Assembly (NCBI GenBank): GCA_013239625.1
Contig: MU054212.1
Location: 5,676,270 to 5,738,269 of the forward strand
Direction of reading: 5' to 3'
Origin: Lama guanicoe
Taxonomy: Eukaryota
Length of the DNA: 62,000 bases
A model generated the notes under the pieces. The model was not told the origin of the DNA, made no database searches, and was given only the letters and a program-made list of their open reading frames with translations. Positions 54,364-62,000 of this stretch are shown one piece after another. Each line of letters starts with the position of its first letter. The first letter of the stretch is position 1. Both the position numbers and the translations under genes were made by a program.

Positions 54364-55235
54364 GTAAGTAATCTACTTTATTAAGTAAAAGGACTATTTC
54401 GGCTTCCAGATCATTTTTAACAGCCAGGCAACTGGAGGCTAAACTGTGTCAAGGTGCCATATCACAAATGGAAAAGATAAGGTTAAAAAAGCACACAGAA
54501 CAGGAAGGGGCGGGGGGATGTCTCCCTAACGGGCTTTCCCTCCACCTGTGGAAGCAGCTCCAACTGTCGCCCACAAGGAGCGGCTCTAAAGTGATGGAAG
54601 GATTTTCTCAGGTGACTCACACACCAGCTCTGTAGTAGATTCCTAAGGAAAAATCCCAAAAGTACTTTTCACATCAGTGACAGGGCCACGGGGAGGAGAA
54701 TTTAGCCTTCCAGCCTGACTGCTTTGCAGGGCAATCTCATCCGCAACTGTTCGTACTGTCTTTGTTTTTCCCTTTTAAATTTTAACTACTTTCAAGTCAC
54801 TCATAGAAATCACCACCAGGCAATCTGTTTTGTTGCCATAATCTTCAAGAACTTTTGCTGGCAGCGAATAAATACAAAACAAGCATTATTTCCTCTTCTT
54901 ACATATGATTTAATGAATATAGATTTTTGCTTGCTTTTTACTCATAACTGATTTTAGGCATTTGAAATGTGCTATAAAACTAATCCTGTTTGTTCACCCC
55001 ACATATTTAAAGCTAATTGTCTCAAGTGATGCCGAGGGGCCCCAGAAAAATCTATCAACTAGATAAAGCATTTACCTACAAGAGCTTCAACGATCTAAAT
55101 GTGGCAGTTACCTCCTTAGGGATTACTGTAAATGGTAACGTTTCAACTGCCAAATGACCAGTTGGGTGGGATAGTATACTACCTGCTCATCGTACCATTG
55201 AAGATTGTCCTAAATATATTAAAAACAGCAGAGTA

Positions 55236-55363
55236 GGGGGAGGGTGTAGCTCAGCGGTAGAGCACATGCTTAGCATGCACAAGGTCCTGGGTCCAATCCC
55301 TTGACCTCTATTAAAAAAAAAAAAAACAATAAGCCTAAATAACCCCCTCTCAAAAAACTAATG
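55236..55363 (+). mobile_element. tRNA-Ala(AGC)-derived SINE (camelid vic-1-like) with TSD, intron 5
   Basis: GGGGAGGGTGTAGCTCAGCGGTAGAGCACATGCTTAGCATGCACAAGGTCCTGGGTCCAATCCC + A tract; aaaaacagca at 55221-55230 and 55364-55373. Confidence 0.88.
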
Positions 55364-55871
55364 AAAAACAGCAAGGCTAATCTCTCATTTGAATTCAAAA
55401 CTTCAGCTTACTATAGTTACTTTTAACCTTTAAGTGGTATTTCTTATACATTCAAATAATCCTTACGTTTTAGTTTTAGTTGTGAAAATATTATACCCAT
55501 ACCTTAAACTTTAAAAAATACTACTATACAATGTTTGCTGTAAAAATTCACACACTTGTAAAGTATAAACGGAATACAAATGCATTCTTTGCTTGCCTAG
55601 TATCATTCTTCAGAGGCGAGCACTGTCCTTAGTTGCTTAGGTATAAACATATACAAACATGTTTCCCAAGAGGAAACAAGTGAGACCCTATCTTACCTAC
55701 TACCCCAACACATGAATTTCATTTACATCTATTTTGGACGTATTTCCATATTAGGAAATACAGGTTTCTTCATTTCTTTGAACAGTTTCATGGGATTTCC
55801 TTGTATAAACGCACCATAATTATTGAATTAATTGCCTAGTGAAAACCCTTAAAAATGATGCTGAACTGAAT

Positions 55872-55953
55872 ACACACACACACACAAACACAAACACAAA
55901 CACACACAGAAACTGAAGCAAAGAGTCTAAGAGAGAGAAAGAGAGAGAGAGAG
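55872..55953 (+). repeat. (CA)n/(CAAACA)n and (GA)n microsatellites
   Basis: acacacacacacacaaacacaaacacaaacacacac ... gagagagaaagagagagagagaga. Confidence 0.85.
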
Positions 55954-56199
55954 ATGGGAGCTGGTGTGTTGCTGTCTGAAGACAGGACAACTGTTCCTGA
56001 AACAGTTTGAGCATAGAGAAGTCCAGTTTATGAATGCTGGCAATTTTTCACATTCTCCAGTGCCCTTCATCAAAACTGCTTATAAGATTAATGGAGAGGG
56101 TGAGGGACAAAGTATGTAATTAAACAAGCATCTCCTTAAACCAACTAGTTACTGGCACTAAGCTAGAAACCACACAAAACAGAACAATAATATATGAGT

Positions 56200-56370
56200 G
56201 TGCATTACTCAATAGGAACTTTGTATAATTTTCTCTCATATAGCAGTTTAACTCTTTCATAAACTCAGTAAGGACAGTACTCTTATCATCCCTATTTGTA
56301 GATGTGGAAACTGAGGCCAAGATCACGTAGCTAGAAAGTGGGAATGAGTCAATCTGGCCTTGAGATCATT
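56200..56370 (-). mobile_element. MIR fragment
   Basis: ttatcatccctatttgtagatgtggaaactgaggccaagatcacgtagctag. Confidence 0.7.
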
Positions 56371-56671
56371 TTGTTTCACCAGAGCAGCCTTAAAAAACTT
56401 ATACATGGAAAGGCAGAAAAAAACATTTCCTTGTTTTCTAACAGTCTGAACTCAGTAATGTCTAGGTCACTGGTAAAACATGATCTTTTTGTCAAGGCAA
56501 AGGTATAGAAAGGAGCTAAGATTATGATATGTTGAAGCAGTAGAATGGGAAAATGATAGAGTGTCCGTTATACGGACCAAATGACCCGAACATCTTGTTG
56601 GAAAATCAATACACTATACTACAATAAAAATGTGAACTGTCCATTTGCAATCAATTTCCCTTGATTTCTAG

Positions 56672-56838
56672 ATACACTGGTGATGAAACTCAATGCTACT
56701 GATGCAGATGAACCAAATAATTTGAACTCAAAAATAGCCTTCAAGATCATAAGACAAGAACCTTCTGATTCACCAATGTTTATTATCAACAGATACACTG
56801 GAGAAGTTCGAACAATGAATAATTTTATAGACAGAGAG
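56672..56838 (+). CDS. DSG1: DSG1 exon 6 (EC2)
   Basis: ttgatttctag|AT acceptor; GAG|GTAAGC donor; (N)[55 protein letters not shown]. Confidence 0.97.
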
Positions 56839-57889
56839 GTAAGCTCTTTGAATGGGTTAGTCTCAACGGAACTGATTCTAAAAGGAAGAGTTCTAAGAAA
56901 GAAAAAGAAAACAATAGTTTAAATTTTTAATTGCATAACCTTTTCACATAATGGTAATAAATATCTATGAGATGAAAATGGGCATTCCTCAAATAGATTT
57001 CATTTAATATTAGGATATGTCTCAATTTAAGAAAACTATGTTCTGAGAGTACATAAAAATTTATGCAAAGTAGAAGCAAAAGCTCCATTTAAAAAAATAG
57101 TATGTTCTATAATGAAATAAATTTAAGAAATAATTGCTATTACATCCCCTATTTTGGTGACTCACAAGGGATGTGAACTTGGTAGAAGCACCAAGAATTT
57201 ACAGGCTAACAAATTTGTTTGTCTTTTTTTAATCCAGCATATCCTAAGCTCACTTGACAAGAGAACTATTTTATTTTTTTTTTCTCTTCCTATGTCTTAC
57301 CTACTGACAGCCCACTGATTTATTTTGGGAAATGAGTCGCAGAATCAGAATAATGGATAAGAATTAAGCAACAACCAAACCAAACTTTTCACTTACAAAT
57401 AAAAAATAACTAGTGATTGTTACCAAATTAGAATCAGTATTGCATGATTTCTATAATGCCATGTGGTCCTATGGTTTAATTTTAAAATATCAACTTTTTC
57501 ATTATTTTTTTAATATTGATAGAATATAACTGACCTGCATGTATGTTAGGGATATAAATGAGGAAGTTTTATTTCTATTTGATAATTAAATTTTATTTTA
57601 ATTATTATAGATATTTCAAAATGACCATCTCCCTACTAATGACTCCTAGATTTAGGATAAGTCAGATTACTTTAACACTCTTTAACGATCCAAATGTCAT
57701 CAGTTTCTAGGTTACCTATATGTCCTTTTTCACTTGTTTGAAAACTACCATCAGAAGAAATTGACTATTTAGCTTTTTCTCTCCCAAACTTTCTTAAGGA
57801 GCCCAGTGGGATTTCCTTAATGTTCTAAGAGCTGTGGTGGTGAAGAGCTCTAAAAAGTACAGGAACTCTGCAGGCATTAGGACACCAAC

Positions 57890-58050
57890 AGAGCAGATAT
57901 TCTTAACCTGGGGTTTGTGGACAGCCCTCGAGATGTCTCTAGGAACCCTCTAAAATTATATCCACAATTTTGAGTGAGGATGCACATATGTATGTGTCTG
58001 GGAAAGGCTTCACGGCTTTACCAGCTTCTAAAAATGTAAGCACCATTGAG
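57890..58050. mobile_element. hAT-Charlie MITE remnant (MER103-like)
   Basis: cagatattcttaacctggggtttgtggac...aatgtaagcaccattg degenerate terminal motifs. Confidence 0.45.
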
Positions 58051-58511
58051 TAGAATCAAGAAGATGGATCATCAGTAACTCCACTGCCACAACCCACCAC
58101 CCCCAGAAATGCCAGCCACCTGTTATTTCTATTCTTCTTGCACACTCAGGAGCTGATCATTTAGGGTACGGAATTGTCATGCCATAAATTCTTAGTAAAC
58201 CTTACCCTCCCCCCTCCTGATCATCTTGGTCCTCTTCACTCTTTATCAACTTTCTCAACATAAAGTAAGAAATGAGGCCTTTAAAAAAAATGCTGCTTCA
58301 GTAAATGATGCTGGATAAGCATGGTGGGAATAGAAGTGACAACATCATACTGATTCATGTGAGATTTGTGAATTTTCAATATTCTGCGTTACCTCCATCT
58401 CCATCACAGATTTACGTAAATGTTGAGGTGATGTTGTAAAAGAGCTTTGTATGAGACAGGATAACAACTGTCTACATCAACTGTGATACTGTTTGTCATG
58501 TGCATTTTTAG

Positions 58512-58646
58512 AAATATAGCCAGTACTCTCTGGCTGTAAGAGGCTCTGATCGTGATGGCGGGGCAGATGGTATGTCGGCAGAGTGTGAATGCAACATCAA
58601 AATCCTTGATGTCAATGATAACATCCCATACCTGGAACAGTCTTCA
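58512..58646 (+). CDS. DSG1: DSG1 exon 7 (EC2 end, DVNDN linker)
   Basis: gcatttttag|AAA acceptor; TCA|GTAAGT donor; [45 protein letters not shown]. Confidence 0.96.
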
Positions 58647-58961
58647 GTAAGTACCAGTCTTTGAAATGAGTCACTTTAAATTCATTACATCCCAGGATTT
58701 GTTCGAGCAATTCTATTTATAGATGTGCATGTTATCTTTAGTCACATACAACCCAAATGTACACACATACTTCATCTTGTGTTTGTTTATATAATACATG
58801 TTAAAAAACACCCCATATTTGAGCAATGAAAAGTGAGACTACAAACACAGATCCCTTTTCTATATAGTGGATAACTATAAACATTCTATATAAAGCTAGT
58901 ATAATTCTTCTCTTTCTCACACAGTTTGTGTTAAGATTTTTTTTTTGACTTCTTGTTTCAG

Positions 58962-59147
58962 TATTCCGTAAATATTGAAGAAAATACTCTAAGTTCAAAT
59001 TTGCTCCAGATTAGAGTAATTGATTTGGATGAGGAGTTCTCAGCTAACTGGATGGCAGTAATTTTTTTTATCACTGGAAATGAGGGAAACTGGTTTGACA
59101 TAGAAATGAATGAAAGAACAAATGTGGGAACTTTAAAGGTTATTAAG
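58962..59147 (+). CDS. DSG1: DSG1 exon 8 (EC3)
   Basis: tcttgtttcag|TAT acceptor; AAG|GTATGG donor; YSVNIEENTLSSNLLQIRVIDLDEEFSANWMAVIFFITGNEGNWFDIEMNERTNVGTLKVIK. Confidence 0.97.
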
Positions 59148-60099
59148 GTATGGTATAATTATTCTCAATGTTTTGCTTTTTTGGTTTTTTTTCAAAATGT
59201 GGTTTTTTTAATATTTCACAAACTTGAATGGGTGAAAGAATAAAAATTACTGTGTTTCAAAGTGATATATGATACAGAACTTTTTTACAGAGAGTTTTTC
59301 TGCTTATATCATTTCATGAAAGCAGGTATTAAAGTTTTAACTTGAACTCTTTTTCTATGAATACAATATCCCCTCACAGATCATGTAAATGGGAAGCATT
59401 TTTAATACTAATCTCATTTTATGCTTACAACGAAGGATGATAAATCCTTAAGGTTTTGTTTTACACATTTGAAGAATATTTTTTAAGGCAGATTTAACAT
59501 GGCCTGAAAAAGTATCCTTGTCAACACTGTACATCAGTTATTATTCACTAATCATATTCACCACATAAATTAAAAGTTGTTTATTCATCCAGTGTGTTCT
59601 TACAGAATTAAAATGAAATTACTGCAACTGTAGGATTATCACATTCTCTTCTCACTTTGGCTGCTGACCAAGGCTTATTACAGACATAAATATACCAGAG
59701 ACTTGATCCAAGTCATAGAAATTTGGTCCAAGTCAACAGAGTTCTCTTATGTCCCCTCTACATTACTGATCCACCACATTTATCTGCAGGGAATTTTCAC
59801 TAAGATGTGGGGGGGAAAATGTCTGACTCAGGGAGCTGACAGTGAAGGTTTCACCCTGTGCTACAAGACTTGTCAGCCTGTTTTTTTTAAATCTGCAGTA
59901 GCTGTGCATGGATTGTATGTGATGCATGCCATACGTATTCCTCATGGCAAAATGCAATCCCTTTCCAACTCGTTCCTTCCTCCAGAATAGCCCTGGGAAA
60001 TAAACCTCTAAGGAATTCTGTCCTCATAGGAACTTGGGATCATTTGTCTCAGATGTCTTCATAAAGTGTCACTATGCCTGTAGCTTCCATTCACTGAGG

Positions 60100-60290
60100 C
60101 AGTGTGTGGATGCTTTAGTTTATTCCTTTCAGCATCCCTGCAAATTAGCTTGCATGCCCATATAACAAATAAATACACTGAGGTTCAGAGAGAGTTTGTA
60201 ACCTGCTCAGTTCTCACAACTAGTAAGTGGTACAGCGGACATTCAAACCTAGGCTTCCCGAGCTACTAAGTTCACATTCTTTTCACTATA
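60100..60290 (-). mobile_element. MIR fragment
   Basis: actgaggttcagagagagtttgtaacctgctcagttctcacaactagtaagtgg...attcaaacctagg. Confidence 0.7.
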
Positions 60291-61314
60291 TTATCTAGGA
60301 TTCCATGCTGGGGAAGCTGAGTCCTAATCTAGCCCAAACTACTATATTACTTTAGAAAATTGGTCGGTCTCTCCCCAATGTCTCTATCTGTAAAATGAGA
60401 ATGATACTGATTTTTCTCCCAGAAGCGACATCATATATTAATTCCTTTTTATGATTATATATGTGTAATATGTGTGTGATGTATATATAAACAATTTTAT
60501 AGTCATTCTTGAAGTTGCAAATAAAGCCAACATTAGAGCAAAGGCTGAAAATTTTAGCTAAGAGGAGAGCTCAGCGTATGGATCAATAGCCAGCTAAATT
60601 ACACTCATGGAAAAATACAGAAAATATATTACAAAACGTGTAAGAAAAACATAGCTGGTACTTATGGGCATAATGCATAGTTGTGAAATTTTATGAGTAA
60701 CATATTGACACTATCTTTCATAATGAAAATGACTACTTCATAATTTTATACCATAAAATGAATTTTTCCATGATATGTTGAAGAAAATAAGGATTTCTTT
60801 TTATTATTTATGTACTACATTCTATTACTTAATTTACTGAGAGAAGTCACATATACAAAGTAAAACTTCTAAATAGTTCTTTATGGATAAAAATCAGTCA
60901 AATGATTGAACCTATGATATATTTGGCCCATTCTTTGTAATAAATAGAGCTACTTTCTGAGAAACGTGAAATGATAGCATCTAACATAAGCTGTCTTTGC
61001 ACTACAGAATGCATGGACGTGACCATCTGCCTTATTTTAAGCTTTTAATTTGTTTGGCGAACAATTAGAATGCATTCATTTCCAACTGCTTCAACAAAGG
61101 ATCTATGACAGTTGGATATTTTTTTCTTATTGTATTTTCATGAGTTTGTATTGAGGATAAAGAACGTAAGAATAGGTTGTATATTTATATGTGTTTATAT
61201 GTAATTAAAGAAAGAGATGCAAGAAGTTTTTTGCTGATTATCAAAGGATTTCTCTTTTTTCTCTGGAATGCTTTTTCTCCTTGCAGTAAAACTATTTCTC
61301 TCTGCATTTTCTAG

Positions 61315-61574
61315 CCCCTCGATTATGAAGAGGTGAAGAATCTGCAGCTTAATCTTGGTGTTAGAAATAAAGCTGAATTTCATCAATCAATTAAGTCTCA
61401 ATATAAACTCATAGGAAGTGCAATCTCTGTGACCGTGTTAAATGTAATTGAAGGCTCGGTGTTCCGTCCAGGTTCAAAGACATATGTAGTGACTAGTAAT
61501 ATGGGACAAAATTACAAAGTGGGAGACTTTGTAGCTACTGACCTGGATACAGGTCTACCTTCAACAACTGTTAG
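61315..61574 (+). CDS. DSG1: DSG1 exon 9 (EC3 end, EC3-EC4 linker, EC4 start)
   Basis: gcattttctag|CCC acceptor; AG|GTAAGA donor (phase 2); PLDYEEVKNLQLNLGVRNKAEFHQSIKSQYKLIGSAISVTVLNVIEGSVFRPGSKTYVVTSNMGQNYKVGDFVATDLDTGLPSTTVR. Confidence 0.97.
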
Positions 61575-62000
61575 GTAAGACTGACGTTTTCCAACTAATT
61601 TTCACCACATACTGAACTTAAGTAAAAACAGGTTTTTTTTTTAGGAATCTGAAGTATCGAAATTAAAATATTTTTCATTATTTTTGAAATTCAGTCCTGA
61701 AACGTACCAGTTGATGAACTGTTACTTAACTTAGACTGTTTAACTGAAGAAAATATAAAAAATTTGTGCAAAATGTAAAATAGATAAATATAAAGATTTA
61801 AAATGTGAAAATATATTGTATCTTGAAAGTTTGACACTCCGGTGTTTATATATTTTATTGACCAATTAACTGATTACCACATATCACGGTTATTCCCCTT
61901 GGAAGATTTGATGGATTGATTTTCCCATTGCAAGTTGGCCCAGATTGAAATCAGTTAGATTTAGTTAGCTCATTCCAGTTACTTTCTGACTGTAATCAGC

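Larger units (their letters stand above)
41701..62000 (+). other. DSG1: Desmoglein-1 gene body (start codon to window end; exons 1-9, 3' part outside window)
   Basis: Nine GT-AG-bounded exons (48, 36, 132, 156, 145, 167, 135, 186, 260 nt) splice into one open frame: [72 protein letters not shown]..., with cadherin DRE and DxNDN motifs and the RAL adhesion motif; matches mammalian DSG1 as recalled. Confidence 0.97.

Noticed and set aside
55236..55310. Possible tRNA-Ala(AGC) gene
   Set aside because: Degenerate B box (GGTCCAATCC), A-rich tail and TSD show it is a SINE; the same applies to the copy at 28.4 kb.
1..62000. CRISPR arrays, operons or other prokaryotic systems
   Set aside because: The sequence is mammalian intron/intergenic DNA; no regularly spaced repeat-spacer structure was seen.

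Overview
AT-rich mammalian genomic DNA. The + strand carries the 5' part of desmoglein-1 (DSG1): promoter, 5'UTR and coding exons 1-9 (41701-61574). All introns are GT-AG and the spliced frame is open, giving signal peptide, propeptide with an RRQKR|EW processing site, EC1-EC3 and the start of EC4; the gene continues past the window. The first ~41 kb is intergenic: ancient repeats (MIR, L2, L1M, HAL1, Tigger1, MER3/MER5, MaLR-like LTR) and no recognisable protein-coding gene. Two tRNA-Ala(AGC)-derived SINEs resembling vic-1 suggest a camelid genome (inference). The most notable observations are a polyadenylated, TSD-flanked LTR R-region-like retrocopy (27.3 kb), several ultra-short L1-type insertions including a poly(A)-only one, two ATG-TAA start-stop elements in the DSG1 leader, an exon 2/3 junction that recreates a consensus splice donor, and an intact exfoliative-toxin site (E381-G382). 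Repeat boundaries and family names were assigned by eye from recalled consensus sequences and are approximate. No new multi-gene system is supported.
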